A program made the position numbers and the translations under genes. The notes beneath the pieces are model-generated. The model was not told the DNA's origin. It was given only the letters and a program-made list of their open reading frames with translations, and did no database searches. Positions 37,781 through 50,270 of a DNA stretch of 64,000 nt are shown here, in pieces. Numbering within the stretch: position 1 is the first letter of the stretch; each line of letters opens with the position of its first letter. This DNA comes from Rhodospirillaceae bacterium (GTDB taxonomy: Bacteria > Pseudomonadota > Alphaproteobacteria > CACIAM-22H2): assembly GCA_022843945.1 (NCBI GenBank), contig JALHMR010000023.1, positions 7,941 to 71,940 of the forward strand. The letters are read 5' to 3'.

Positions 37781-38524
37781 CTAACGACGCAGCGCTCTGG
37801 CCAGCCCAAATGACAGTCCGACGGTCTCGACCGACGGCGTCGGCCCCAGCGGATCGCGTGTTCCCTTCTTGCCAACGAGCGCTTCCGCCGCCTTCACCAC
37901 GGCTATAGTGGAATCGATCACCGGTACCGGCACGCGCGGCTGGATGACCGCGGCCAGCCCGGCCAGGCCGGCGCCGCCGAGGATCACCGATTTGGCGCCG
38001 TCCTTCTTTGCTGCATCCCGGCAGGCGCGGACCAGCAGGTGATGGGCCGCCTCGGGATCACGCGCGATCTCGGCGCCGGTCGGTGCCACGGTGCGTACCC
38101 GCGCCAGGCGCTTGTCGAGGCCGAGCAGTACCGCCAGCTCCTCCAGCATCGCTCCCCAGCGTTCGCCGCCGGTGACGATGCCGAAGCGCCCATGCTTCGC
38201 GGCCGCCCGCATCGAGGCCTCAGCCATGCCGATCACCGGCCGGGGCGAAAGCTCGCGCAGCGCCAGCAGACCGGGGTCGCCGAAGCAGGCAAGCACCACG
38301 ACATCATGGGCGCCACGATAGTTCGCCAATGCGTCGAGTGCCGCGTGACCGGCGACGGCCGCGGCGGCGCGACTGGCGATGTAGCGCGCGCCGAACCGTC
38401 CGGTGACCGCGGCAAGCCGCGTGCGCGGGCCCGCGGCCTCGCGCGCCACCCTCATCATCAGGCGGGTCATGGCGGCCGTGGTGTTGGGATTGATGAGCAG
38501 GAGCCGGGGGGCTCTGGACGACAT
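37781..38524 (-). CDS. Asp/Glu/hydantoin racemase family protein
   Basis: 247 aa. It contains LLLINPNTT and VLACFGDPGL (first catalytic Cys region). The second Cys region reads ILGGAGLAG (Gly in place of Cys). Confidence 0.8.
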   Translation of the reverse strand: MSSRAPRLLLINPNTTAAMTRLMMRVAREAAGPRTRLAAVTGRFGARYIASRAAAAVAGHAALDALANYRGAHDVVVLACFGDPGLLALRELSPRPVIGMAEASMRAAAKHGRFGIVTGGERWGAMLEELAVLLGLDKRLARVRTVAPTGAEIARDPEAAHHLLVRACRDAAKKDGAKSVILGGAGLAGLAAVIQPRVPVPVIDSTIAVVKAAEALVGKKGTRDPLGPTPSVETVGLSFGLARALRR

Positions 38525-38693
38525 GGCAGCGAATGCCCTTTAATTGAGCAAGGGAGGCCGATGAAGCCCCCCTGAATCAAGGAAAGGCAGAGTATCGCGC
38601 GGTTTCACGCCCCGGTACGGCAATTGCTTTCTACCCCTCCGGGCGTCCTGCCGCAGATGCAGGAACTCCAACGTCTATCAGGAGGCTTAGCCA

Positions 38694-40355
38694 ATGACGA
38701 TTTCGAAGAATTTCCGCCGCGCCCTGCTGGGAGCGGCGATAGCCGTCGCCCTGCCGGGCCTGGTCCCGGAGATGGCCTGGGCGCAGGGCACGCTGCGCAT
38801 TGCCATGACCGCCGCCGATATCCCGCGCACCCTCGGCCAGCCCGACCAGGGCTTCGAGGGCAACCGCTTCACCGGCATCCCGATGTATGACGGGCTGACC
38901 CAATGGGACCTGTCGTCGGCCGACAAGGCCAGCGTGGTCATTCCCGGCCTGGCCACCGAATGGGCGGTCGACGCGACGGACAAGACCAAGTGGACGTTCA
39001 AGCTGCGTCCCGGCGTGAAGTTCCATGACGGCTCGACCTTCAACGCCGATGCCGTGGTGTGGAACGTCGAGAAGGTGCTCAACCAGAACGCGCTGCATTT
39101 CGACGCCAGCCAGGTCGGCGTCACCGCCTCGCGCATGCCCACCCTGCGCACGGCGCGCAAGATCGACGACATGACGGTGGAGATGACGACGGCGCAGCCG
39201 GACTCGTTCCTGCCGATCAACCTGACCAACCTGTTCATGGCCAGCCCGGCGCATTGGCAGAAGCTGTTCGAGGCGGTGCCGGCCTCGGTCAGCGATCCCA
39301 AGCAGCGCGCCGCCCAGGCCTGGACGGCCTTCGCCGCCAATGCCTCGGGCACCGGCCCGTTCAAGATGGATCGTTTTGTCCCCCGTGAGCGGCTCGAGGT
39401 GGTGAAGTTCCCCGACTACTGGGACAAGCCGAAGGTGGCGAAGCTCGACCGCATCGTCATGATCCCGATGCCGGAGGCGAGTGCCCGCACCGCCGCCCTG
39501 CTCTCGGGCCAGGTCGACTGGATCGAGGCGCCGGCGCCCGACGCTGTCGCCCAGATCAAGAGCCGCGGCTTTCAGATCAGCGCCAACGCCCAGCCGCATG
39601 TCTGGCCGTGGCAGTTCTCCTTCGCCGAGGGCTCGCCCTGGCTCGACAAGCGGGTGCGCCAGGCGGCAAACCTGTGCGTCGACCGCGAGGGCATGAAGCA
39701 GCTCCTGGCCGGGCTGATGGAGCCGGCCGTCGGCACGGTGGCCCCCGGCCATCCGTGGTGGGGCAACCCGTCCTTCCAGATCAAGTATGACCCCGCGGCG
39801 GCGAAGAAGCTGATGGCCGAGGCCGGCTACTCGGCGGCGAAGCCGATCAAGGTCAAGACGCAGACGTCTGCTTCCGGTTCTGGCCAGATGATGCCGCTGC
39901 CGATGAACGAGTTCATCCAGCAGAGCCTCAAGGAGTGCTTCTTCGACGTCGAGCTCGATGTCATCGAGTGGAACACGCTGTTCACCAACTGGCGCAAGGG
40001 CTCCAAGGACGACAGCGCGCGCGGCTCGCATGCCATCAACGTGACCTACGCGGCCATGGACCCGTTCTTCGCCATGGTCCGCTTCCTCGATTCGAAGGCG
40101 GCCCCGCCGGTCTCCAACAACTGGGGCTACTTCAACATGCCGGAGTTCGACGCGCTGGTCGCGACGGCGCGCTCGACCTTCGACGCCGGCGAGCGCGACA
40201 AGGCGCTGGCCAAGCTGCACGCGCGGTCGGTCGAGGAGGCGCCGTTCCTGTGGGTGGCGCACGATGTCGGCCCGCGCGCCATGGCGCCGAAGGTCAAGGG
40301 ACTGGTCCAGCCGAAGAGCTGGTTCATCGACCTGACCACGGTCTACATCCAGTAG
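38694..40355 (+). CDS. ABC transporter substrate-binding protein, family 5 (peptide/nickel/opine type)
   Basis: 553 aa with a signal peptide ending AWAQ and DppA/OppA-like sequence. It is the first gene of a five-gene ABC operon. Confidence 0.9.
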   Translation: MTISKNFRRALLGAAIAVALPGLVPEMAWAQGTLRIAMTAADIPRTLGQPDQGFEGNRFTGIPMYDGLTQWDLSSADKASVVIPGLATEWAVDATDKTKWTFKLRPGVKFHDGSTFNADAVVWNVEKVLNQNALHFDASQVGVTASRMPTLRTARKIDDMTVEMTTAQPDSFLPINLTNLFMASPAHWQKLFEAVPASVSDPKQRAAQAWTAFAANASGTGPFKMDRFVPRERLEVVKFPDYWDKPKVAKLDRIVMIPMPEASARTAALLSGQVDWIEAPAPDAVAQIKSRGFQISANAQPHVWPWQFSFAEGSPWLDKRVRQAANLCVDREGMKQLLAGLMEPAVGTVAPGHPWWGNPSFQIKYDPAAAKKLMAEAGYSAAKPIKVKTQTSASGSGQMMPLPMNEFIQQSLKECFFDVELDVIEWNTLFTNWRKGSKDDSARGSHAINVTYAAMDPFFAMVRFLDSKAAPPVSNNWGYFNMPEFDALVATARSTFDAGERDKALAKLHARSVEEAPFLWVAHDVGPRAMAPKVKGLVQPKSWFIDLTTVYIQ

Positions 40356-40365
40356 GACCGCTCTC

Positions 40366-40402
40366 GAGGGGCCGCTTTAGGGCGGCCCCTCTTTCCTTTT
40401 CC
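40366..40402 (+). terminator. Intrinsic terminator/attenuator after the binding-protein gene
   Basis: GAGGGGCCGC tttagg GCGGCCCCTC has a perfect 10-bp stem followed by TTTCCTTTTCC. This is the typical SBP-versus-permease expression-ratio attenuator position. Confidence 0.6.
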
Positions 40403-40461
40403 ACCGGGGGAACTCAGACTGGTTGCAAGGTCGTGAAAAGACCGGGTAACGCTGGGACCGC

Positions 40462-41412
40462 ATGCTCGTCTATCTGATCCGCCGGCTTTTGTACGTGGTG
40501 CCGATCGCGCTCGCCGTCAGCGTGGTCTGCTTCTCGCTGGTGCATATCGCGCCAGGCGACCCGCTGGTCTCCATCCTGCCACCCGACGCCTCGCTGCAAC
40601 TCGTCGAGCAGATGCGCAAGAGCTACGGCTTCGACCAGCCGATCCCGGTGCAGTTCGGCATCTGGCTCGGCAAGGCGATCCAGGGCGATTTCGGCACCTC
40701 GATCGCCACCTCGCGGCCCGTCTCCCAGGAGATCTACAAGGCTGTCGGCAACACGCTGATGCTGGCCATGGCCGCGACCTTGATCGGCTTCACGCTGGGC
40801 TGCTTCTTCGGCTTCGTCGCCGGCTATTTCCGCGACACCTGGATCGACCGCGTGGCGGTGACAGTCTCGATCCTCGGCGTCAGCGTGCCGCATTACTGGC
40901 TGGGCATGGTCCTGGTCATCGTTTTCGCCGTGCTCCTGCCTTGGCTGCCGCCCACCGGAGCCGGCCCGGGGTCGAGCGCCGACTGGGCCTGGGACTGGGC
41001 GCACATGCAGTACCTGATCCTGCCGGCGGTCACCATGTCGGTGATCCCGATGGGCATCGTCACCCGCACGGTGCGCGCACTGGTGGGCGACATCCTCTCC
41101 CAGGAATTCGTCGACGCGCTGCGCGCCAAGGGCCTGACCGACTGGGGCGTGTTTCAGCACGTGGTCAAGAACGCCGCGCCCACCGCGCTCACCGTCATCG
41201 GCCTGCAGCTCGGCTACCTGCTCGGCGGCTCGATCCTGATCGAGACCGTGTTCTCCTGGCCGGGCACCGGGTCTTTGCTGAACGCGGCGATCTTCCAGCG
41301 CGACCTGCCGCTGCTCCAGGGCACGATCCTGGTGCTGGCCATGTTCTTCGTCGTCTTGAATCTCCTGGTCGACGTGGCGCAGACCGCCATCGACCCCCGC
41401 ATCAGACGCTGA
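40462..41412 (+). CDS. ABC transporter permease (DppB/OppB type)
   Basis: 316 aa. The N-terminus is MLVYLIRRLLYVVPIALAVSVVCF. It has an EAA-loop region and a C-terminal DPRIR. Confidence 0.9.
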   Translation: MLVYLIRRLLYVVPIALAVSVVCFSLVHIAPGDPLVSILPPDASLQLVEQMRKSYGFDQPIPVQFGIWLGKAIQGDFGTSIATSRPVSQEIYKAVGNTLMLAMAATLIGFTLGCFFGFVAGYFRDTWIDRVAVTVSILGVSVPHYWLGMVLVIVFAVLLPWLPPTGAGPGSSADWAWDWAHMQYLILPAVTMSVIPMGIVTRTVRALVGDILSQEFVDALRAKGLTDWGVFQHVVKNAAPTALTVIGLQLGYLLGGSILIETVFSWPGTGSLLNAAIFQRDLPLLQGTILVLAMFFVVLNLLVDVAQTAIDPRIRR

Positions 41413-41413
41413 A

Positions 41414-42295
41414 ATGGTCAGCCTCGCCGAGCCCGTCCCGCTGATCATCGCGCCGTCGCGCGGCTACTGGGCGTCGGTCGGCCAGCGCCTGCTGCGCGAC
41501 AAGGTGACCATGGTCTGCGTCGTCATCCTGCTGACCATCATCCTGGCGGCGATCTTCGCCCCCTATCTCGGCCTGGCCGATCCCTACCGCGGCAGCATCA
41601 TCCGCCGCCTGCGCCCCATCGGAACGCCGGGCTACCTGCTGGGCACCGACGAGCAGGGCCGCGACATGCTGGCCCGCCTGATCTACGGCGGCCGCCTCTC
41701 CCTCTTCATCGGCCTCCTCCCCGTGTTCAACGCCTTCGTCATCGGCTCGCTGCTCGGCATTACCGCCGGCTTCGTCGGCGGCAAGGTCAACGCCGCGATC
41801 ATGCGCACCAGCGACGTGTTCCTCGCCTTCCCTTCGGTGCTGCTGGCCGTCGCCATCTCCGGCGCGCTGGGGGCCGGCATCCTCAACTCCATCGTCTCGC
41901 TGACCATCGTCTTCGTCCCGCCCATCGCGCGCATCGCCGAGAGCGTCACCACGCAGGTGCGCAGCCTCGACTTCGTGGACGCCGCGCGGGCCTCGGGGGC
42001 CAGCTCGTGGACCATCATCCGCGTCCACATCCTCAACAACGTGCTCGGCCCGATCTTCGTCTACGCCACCAGCCTGATCAGCGTCAGCATGATCCTCGGC
42101 GCGGGCCTCTCGTTTCTCGGCCTGGGCACCAAGCCGCCGGAGCCGGAATGGGGCCTGATGCTCAACACCCTGCGCACGGCGATCTACGTCCAGCCGTGGA
42201 TCGCGGCCCTGCCCGGCGCCATGATCTTCATGGTCTCGATCGGCTTCAACCTGGTGAGCGACGGTTTGCGGAGTGCGATGGATGTCCGGCGGTGA
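41414..42295 (+). CDS. ABC transporter permease (DppC/OppC type)
   Basis: 293 aa with DppC-like sequence ([18 protein letters not shown]). The ATG is 1 nt after the preceding stop. Confidence 0.9.
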   Translation: MVSLAEPVPLIIAPSRGYWASVGQRLLRDKVTMVCVVILLTIILAAIFAPYLGLADPYRGSIIRRLRPIGTPGYLLGTDEQGRDMLARLIYGGRLSLFIGLLPVFNAFVIGSLLGITAGFVGGKVNAAIMRTSDVFLAFPSVLLAVAISGALGAGILNSIVSLTIVFVPPIARIAESVTTQVRSLDFVDAARASGASSWTIIRVHILNNVLGPIFVYATSLISVSMILGAGLSFLGLGTKPPEPEWGLMLNTLRTAIYVQPWIAALPGAMIFMVSIGFNLVSDGLRSAMDVRR

Positions 42296-42303
42296 GGGAT
42301 ATA

Positions 42304-42344
42304 GGCATCCTTCGAGGCTCGCTCCGCTCGCACCTCAGGATGAG
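42304..42344. repeat. Intercistronic imperfect hairpin resembling a second REP family
   Basis: GCATCCTTCGAGGCTCGCTCCGCTCGCACCTCAGGATGAGG (arms CATCCTTCGAGG / CCTCAGGATG). It overlaps the purine-rich RBS of the next gene. Only a single copy is seen in this window. Confidence 0.35.
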
Positions 42345-42355
42345 GTTTGGTTGTT

Positions 42356-43393
42356 ATGAGCGCTGAACTCCTCGCCCCTCTTCCTGACGTAGGCGGCCCG
42401 GCGCAGCCGCTGCTCGAGATCAGGAACCTTACCAAGCATTTCCCGATCAAGGGCGGGATGCTCAACCGCACCGTGGCCAGGGTCAACGCGGTGGACGGCG
42501 TCACCTTCGACGTCGCCAAAGGCGAGACCCTGGGTATCGTCGGCGAATCCGGCTGCGGCAAGTCGACCACGGCGCGCCTGCTCATCCGCCTGATTGAGCC
42601 CGACCAGGGCGAGGTGCGTTTCGACGGGCAGACCGTGGGCACCGACATCTCGGTCGCCGAGCTGCGGCGCGGCGTACAGATGGTCTTCCAGGATTCCTTT
42701 GCTTCGTTGAATCCCCGGCTCACTATCGAGGATTCGATCGCCTTCGGCCCGCGCGTGCGCGGGGTCGCCAACACCGATGCGGTCAACAAGGCGCACGACC
42801 TGCTGCGCCGCGTCGGCATGGCGCCCGAGCAGTACGCCAGGCGCTACCCGCACGAGCTCTCCGGCGGCCAGCGCCAGCGGGTCAACATCGCCCGGGCGCT
42901 CGCCCTCGCCCCGCGCCTGCTGATCCTCGACGAGCCGGTCTCGGCCCTGGACAAGTCGGTCGAGGCCCAGGTGCTCAACCTGCTGGTCGATCTTAAGGCG
43001 AGCCTCGGCCTCACCTATATCTTCGTCAGCCACGACCTCAACGTCGTGCAGTACATCAGCGACCGCGTGCTGGTCATGTATCTCGGCCGCGTGGCCGAGA
43101 TCGGCCCCGTGGAATCGATCTATACGGATGCCCGGCACCCGTATACGCGCGCGCTGCTCTCGGCCATGCCCAGCATGGATCCCGACCGGCGCACGCAGGA
43201 GGCGCCGATCGCCGGCGACCCGCCCAATCCGATCAACCCGCCCTCCGGCTGCCTGTTCCACACGCGTTGCCCCTTCGCCGAAGCCGTCTGTAAGACGACG
43301 GCCCCGGCCCTGGCGCCGGTCGGCGAGAGCCACAACGCGGCGTGCCACATGGAGATCGCCGGCTCCGGCCACTCCAGGGCCGCGCGCGCATGA
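42356..43393 (+). CDS. ABC transporter ATP-binding protein (DppF/OppF type)
   Basis: Start at ATG 42356. It has Walker [10 protein letters not shown], signature LSGGQRQR, Walker B LLILDEP and a C-terminal oligopeptide-type extension (GCLFHTRCP). Confidence 0.9.
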   Translation: MSAELLAPLPDVGGPAQPLLEIRNLTKHFPIKGGMLNRTVARVNAVDGVTFDVAKGETLGIVGESGCGKSTTARLLIRLIEPDQGEVRFDGQTVGTDISVAELRRGVQMVFQDSFASLNPRLTIEDSIAFGPRVRGVANTDAVNKAHDLLRRVGMAPEQYARRYPHELSGGQRQRVNIARALALAPRLLILDEPVSALDKSVEAQVLNLLVDLKASLGLTYIFVSHDLNVVQYISDRVLVMYLGRVAEIGPVESIYTDARHPYTRALLSAMPSMDPDRRTQEAPIAGDPPNPINPPSGCLFHTRCPFAEAVCKTTAPALAPVGESHNAACHMEIAGSGHSRAARA

Positions 43394-44373
43394 CCGCCAC
43401 TCATCGCCCTCTCGTCGAGGTGAAAGACCTCCACGTGCGCTTCCGCGGCGAGCGCAACGTGCACGCGGTGAACGGCGTCGATTTTGCCCTCGACCGCGGC
43501 GAGGTCCTGGGCATCCTCGGCGAATCAGGCTCGGGCAAGAGCGTCACGCTCAAGGCGCTGCTGCGCCTGCTGCCCGAGAAGCGTACGGTGATCAGCGGCC
43601 AGATCCGCGTGGGCAACGAGGACGTGCTGGCGCTGGAGCCCGAGGCGCTGGCCGATTTCCGCGGCAAGACCGCCTCGATGATCTTCCAGGAGCCGATGCT
43701 GGCCCTCGATCCGGTCTACACCATCGGCTGGCAGATCGCCGAGGCGGTGGAGCGGCACGAGAAATGCGGCCGCGACGCGGCGCGCCAGCGGGCGCTGGAG
43801 ATGCTGGAGCGGGTGCGCATCCCCTCGCCGGCGCGCCGGCTCGATGCCTATCCGCACGAGATGTCGGGTGGCATGCGCCAGCGCGCCATGATCGCCCTCG
43901 CTTTGGCCTGCAAGCCGCAGGTGCTGCTGGCCGACGAGCCGACCACGGCCCTGGACGCAACGGTTCAAATTCAGATTCTGCTGCTGCTCCGCGAGCTGCA
44001 GCGCGAGCTCGGCATGGCGGCGATCTTCGTCACCCACGACATCGGCGTGGCGGTCGAGGTCTCGGACCGCATCGCGGTGATGTATGCCGGGCGGATCGTC
44101 GAGACCGGCAAGGTGGCCGATATCGTGCGCCGACCCTCGCACCCCTACACCCGCGGGCTGCTCGCCTCGACCGTGCACGGCGCGATGCGCGGCAAGCGGC
44201 TCGACGCCATCCCGGGCGCGCCGCCCTCGCTCAACGAGGCACCGAGCGGTTGCTCCTTCGCACCGCGCTGCAAGGAAGTGCTGCCGGAATGCAGCCAGTC
44301 TCTGCCCCAGGCGGTGACGGTGAGCCCAGCGCATCTGTCGCGGTGCGTGCGGAGCACGCCGGTGACGGCTTAA
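43390..44373 (+). CDS. ABC transporter ATP-binding protein (DppD/OppD type)
   Basis: Start at ATG 43390 overlapping the previous stop (ATGA). It has Walker A GESGSGKS, signature MSGGMRQR, Walker B LLADEP and GCSFAPRC. Confidence 0.9.
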   Translation: MTATHRPLVEVKDLHVRFRGERNVHAVNGVDFALDRGEVLGILGESGSGKSVTLKALLRLLPEKRTVISGQIRVGNEDVLALEPEALADFRGKTASMIFQEPMLALDPVYTIGWQIAEAVERHEKCGRDAARQRALEMLERVRIPSPARRLDAYPHEMSGGMRQRAMIALALACKPQVLLADEPTTALDATVQIQILLLLRELQRELGMAAIFVTHDIGVAVEVSDRIAVMYAGRIVETGKVADIVRRPSHPYTRGLLASTVHGAMRGKRLDAIPGAPPSLNEAPSGCSFAPRCKEVLPECSQSLPQAVTVSPAHLSRCVRSTPVTA

Positions 44374-44376
44374 CGT

Positions 44377-45764
44377 CTAGCGCGACGCCGGCACGCCCTT
44401 CTCCCCCAGGTCCCACCACAGCCCGGCCATCATCTGCAGGCCTTCGCGCGCCACCGAGGCGAGCAGGTGCTCGTTGGGCGCGTGCTGCGAGCAGGAGGGG
44501 TAGGAGTGCGGCACCCACACCGTGGGCAGGCCGAGGATGTCGGCGAAGATATCGTTGGGCAGCGAGCCGCCGAGGTTCGGCAGGATCGCCGGCTTGGTGC
44601 CCGTCGTCTGCCTCACCGATTCAGCCGCCCACTGCACCCACGGATGATCGGGATCGAGGCGCGTGGCGTGGAAGAACTCGTCGCGCGCCGGCGTGATCTT
44701 GACCATGGAAAAGCCGTGGCGGTCGAGATGGCGGCGCAGGGCCGGCAGCACGTTGTCGGCGTCGATGCCGACCACCGTGCGCAGCTGGCAGCGCGCCGTC
44801 GCCTTGGGCGGGATGGCGTTGACCGGCTGGTCCGGGTTGCCGGTGCGGTAGGCCAGCGTCTCGAAGCTGCACCAGCCGAAGACGCGCTCGGCCGGCGTCA
44901 GGCCCGGCTCGCCCCAGTCCTCGTCGATGGTCGGGCCGCTCGGCCCGCCATCGACCACGCAATCGGCCAGCGCCTTGCGCACGCTCTCCGGGATCTCCTT
45001 CGGCACCCATTCGGCGATGCGGATCTGGCCGTTGGGGCCGACGATCGAGGCGATGGCATGGGCCATGAGGATGCCGGGCGAGGCGAGCAGGCCGCCCCAG
45101 TTGCCGGAATGGTGGCCGCCGTCACGCAGGTTCACTTCGAGGTCGAAGGAGATGCCGCCGCGCGAGCCGAGGAAGAGGGTGGGGCGCTCGGCGGTGAGGC
45201 GCGGGCCGTCGGAGGCGATCAGCACGTCCGCTTTGAACTGCCTGGCGTGCTTGGTGCACAGCTCGCGCAGGCCGGGCGAGCCGACCTCCTCGCCGGTCTC
45301 GATCAGCAGCTTCACATTGAAGCCTAATTTGCCGCGGGTTCTGAGCACGGCGTCGAGCGCGCCGATATTGATCGTGTGCTGGCCCTTGTTATCGGCCGTG
45401 CCGCGGCCGTAGAGCCGGTCGCCGTCGGGCGTCACCCGCCAGGGCGAGAGGCCTTGCGACCACTGGCTCTCCTGGCCGCGGATCACGTCGCCATGGCCGT
45501 AGGAGAACACGGTCGTCGCCTGGGGGTCCTCGATGCGCTCGGCGTAGAGGAACGGGCCCTTGCCGCGCGGCTCGCTCATCGAGGTGCAGGTGAAGCCGAG
45601 CTTGGTGAGAGTGTTCCGCATCTCGCCCTCGGTGTAGTCCTTGAGGGCGCCGGCGCGCTCGGGGTTCTGGCTCTCGGTCGGGATGGCGACGCGGCGCTGC
45701 AGGTCGGCGAGGAAGGAGCCGTCGTCGAAATACTTGGTGGCGGCGTCGATGGCTTTCTGGCGGC

Positions 45765-45768
<4 letters not shown>
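44377..45768 (-). CDS. M20/M25/M40-family metallopeptidase (dipeptidase-like)
   Basis: GTG start at 45768 (GGGGAGAG RBS, GTGA overlap with the upstream ATPase stop). It contains [15 protein letters not shown] and ETGEEVGSP, the typical M20 metal-ligand blocks. 463 aa. Confidence 0.8.
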
Positions 45769-47676
<1,908 letters not shown>

Positions 47677-47680
<4 letters not shown>

Positions 47681-48585
47681 GCGCGGTTCTCCGGCGCGGT
47701 GACGTCGCGGATCCCGTCGCCCACCAGGTTGATGGCCAGCACCAGCAGCGACAGGGCGACACCGGGGATGGCGATGAGCCAGAACGAGAAGAACATGTAG
47801 CTCTTGGCCTCGGCGATCATCAGGCCCCAGGAGGGCAGGGGTGGCTGCACGCCCAGGCCAAGGAAGGACAGCGCCGCCTCGAGGAGGATGGCGCTGGCCA
47901 TCTCCAGGGTCGCCACCACGATCAGGTGGTTCATGATATTGGGCAGGATCTCTGCGAACAGGATCCTCAGATTGGAGGCGCCCGCGGCCTCGGCCGCCGC
48001 GACATAGTCGAGGGCGCGCACCTGCATCGTGGCGCCGCGGATCACCACGGCGAACCGATCCCACTTCAGCAGGCCGAGCACCAGGATGACCACGGTGAGC
48101 GAGCCGCCGAGCAGCGCCACCACGGCGAGCGCCACCAGCACCACCGGCATGGAGAGGCGGGTGGTGACCAGGAAGGTCACCGCCATGTCGACCTTGCCGC
48201 CGAAGTAGCCGGCGCTGATGCCGAGCAGCAGGCCGATGACCCCGGAGATCGCCATCACCGCGAAGCCGATGAGCAGCGAGATCTGCGAGCCGTAGATCAG
48301 CCGGCTGAGATAGTCGCGGCCCAGCCCGTCGGTGCCGAAGGGATGGATCCAGGTGCCGCGCTCGTGCCAGATCGGCGGGATCAGGCGGCGCGCCAGGTCC
48401 TGGTCATAGGGATCATGGGGAGCAAGAAGCGGGGCGGCGAAGGCGAGGAAGAACATCGCCGCCAGGATGGCGAGGCCGACCATCAGGCCGGCATGGCCGA
48501 AGACCCGCCGCCGCAGCAGCGCGCCCGGGCCGGGCGTGAGGGCGATATCGAGGGCGCCGATCTCGGTGAGCGGGACGGTGGCCAT
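47677..48585 (-). CDS. ABC transporter permease (DppC/OppC type)
   Basis: 302 aa, with LGRDYLSRLIYG and six hydrophobic helices. Confidence 0.9.
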
Positions 48586-48596
48586 TCTCTTAGAGA

Positions 48597-48763
48597 CCCC
48601 TCACCCGGACGCTTCGCGTCCACCCTCTCGCCGGCGAAAGCTCCACTGGAGCTTTCGCTCTTTCGGCTTCGAGCCCGCAAGGGGAGAGGGTTAGTGAAGC
48701 GCGCCTCCATTTGACCTCTCCCCTGACGGGAGAGGTCGCGAGCGGCAGCGAGCGGGTGAGGGG
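48597..48763. repeat. Composite nested REP/BIME-like element filling the gap between two permease genes
   Basis: The outer arms are CCCCTCACCCG (48597-48607) and CGGGTGAGGGG (48753-48763). The inner pairs are ACCCTCTC/GAGAGGGT, GAAAGCTCC act GGAGCTTTC (48636-48656) and GACCTCTCCC ctgac GGGAGAGGTC (48713-48737). Confidence 0.65.
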
Positions 48764-48771
48764 TTCCCCCA

Positions 48772-49689
48772 TCACTGCACCCTTATGCGCGGGTCGAGCC
48801 AGCCGTTGAGCAGGTCGGCCAGCAGGGTGAGGCCGATATAGACGACGGAGAGCAGCAGCACGATCGCCTGGGTCACCGGGAAATCGTTGTGACGGATGCT
48901 CTGCCAGGCGAGATAGCCGAGCCCGTCGAGCGCGAACACCGTCTCGATGACGATCGAGCCGCCGAGCATGAAGCCGAGCTGCACGGCGGCCAGGGCCATG
49001 ACCGGGATGATGGCGTTGCGCAGCGCGTGCTTGAACACCACGCTGGTGGGCGAGAGGCCCTTGGCGCGGGCGGTGCGCACGAAATCGGCGCTCAGCACGT
49101 CCATCATGCCGGCCCGGGTCAGGCGCATGAACGCGGGGGCGGCGTAGTAACCCAGGGCGATCGCCGGCATGACGAAATGCGCCCAGCTGTCGCTGCCGGA
49201 GACCGGCAACCACCGCAGGGTGAGAGAAAAGAGCATGATCAGCACCAGCGCGAACCAGAAGCTGGGCAGAGCCTGGCCGATCACCGCCAGGAAGAGGGCG
49301 AGGCGGTCGATCCAGGTATTGGGATAGACGGCGGCGAGCACACCCAGCGGGATCGACAGCAGCACCGCGAAAGCGAGCGAGATGGCGCCGAGGATCAGGG
49401 TCACCGGCAGCTTCGAGAGCACGATGTCGGCGACGTCCTTCTTGTAGTAGAGCGACTGGCCGAGATCGCCGGTCAGGGTGCGGCCGAGCCAGTCGAAATA
49501 CTGGACGATCAGCGGCCGGTCGAAGCCGTAGGCCTTGCGGATGAACTCGATATCGGCGGCGGTCGCCGCCTCGCCGGCGATGGCTGCGGCGACGTCGCTC
49601 GACACGTGCAGCAGGGTGAAGGCGATGACGGACACCGCCAGCGCCACCAGCAGGGCGAGACCGAGGCGCTTGGCGGCGTAGGTCAGCAT
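48772..49689 (-). CDS. ABC transporter permease (DppB/OppB type)
   Basis: Start at ATG 49689 within ORF 48772..49962. The N-terminus is MLTYAAKRLGLALLVALAVSVIAF and the C-terminus has DPRIR. Confidence 0.9.
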   Translation of the reverse strand: MLTYAAKRLGLALLVALAVSVIAFTLLHVSSDVAAAIAGEAATAADIEFIRKAYGFDRPLIVQYFDWLGRTLTGDLGQSLYYKKDVADIVLSKLPVTLILGAISLAFAVLLSIPLGVLAAVYPNTWIDRLALFLAVIGQALPSFWFALVLIMLFSLTLRWLPVSGSDSWAHFVMPAIALGYYAAPAFMRLTRAGMMDVLSADFVRTARAKGLSPTSVVFKHALRNAIIPVMALAAVQLGFMLGGSIVIETVFALDGLGYLAWQSIRHNDFPVTQAIVLLLSVVYIGLTLLADLLNGWLDPRIRVQ

Positions 49690-49792
49690 GGCGCAACTGT
49701 AGCGCTGGGCGAAAGCGAGGGCCAGTGCGACAGGGTGACGTGACACCGGCTGCAAAGCGCCATTGACAGGGCCGATCTCGCCTCGCACAAGC

Positions 49793-50260
49793 ATGGCAGG
49801 ACGACCTTCATCGATCCGGAGAGGTACTTTGACCAACCGAACCTTGTTTCCCGGGTGTGCCGCCCTGGCTGTCCTGGTCCTCTTCGGTCCGGCGTGGGCC
49901 GTTGACGGGCCTGGCGCCACCAGCGAGGTCCTGCTCAAGACCGAATCGTCCTGGGACGGCACGCGCTATCAGGGCTACGCGACCGGGCAGCCGGAGGTGA
50001 CGGTACTGAAGATCACCATCCCGCCGATGACCGAGCTGCCCTGGCACACCCATCCGATGATTAACGTGGCTTACGTCCTGTCGGGCGAGCTGACGGTACA
50101 GAAGCGCGAGAGCGGCCTGACCCACCAGCTCAAGACCGGCGACGTGCTGCCGGAGATGGTGAACGCCGTCCATACCGGACGCACCGGCGACAATCCGGTG
50201 GTGCTGATCGTGTTTTACGCCGGGGCCAAGGGTCTGCCGCTGGCGGAAGTGGTGAAGTAG
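49793..50260 (+). CDS. Secreted cupin-domain protein
   Basis: Signal peptide ...CAALAVLVLFGPAWA and cupin motifs PWHTHP...GD...VHTG. The start is uncertain. A TTG at 49829 preceded by GGAGAGG is an attractive alternative to ATG 49793. Confidence 0.7.
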   Translation: MAGRPSSIRRGTLTNRTLFPGCAALAVLVLFGPAWAVDGPGATSEVLLKTESSWDGTRYQGYATGQPEVTVLKITIPPMTELPWHTHPMINVAYVLSGELTVQKRESGLTHQLKTGDVLPEMVNAVHTGRTGDNPVVLIVFYAGAKGLPLAEVVK

Positions 50261-50270
50261 TTCAAGGCTG

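Noticed and set aside
48467-48710. Short ORFs on both strands inside repeat regions (48467-48694, 48483-48710, 50215-50490, 50262-50483, 50336-50539, and the 5' part of 52416-53651).
   Set aside because: They are read-throughs of REP/BIME palindromes and give peptides such as …PLPLRARS… and …GERVRAS…. Mirror-image ORFs occur on both strands and there is no RBS. This is a known artefact of such repeats.
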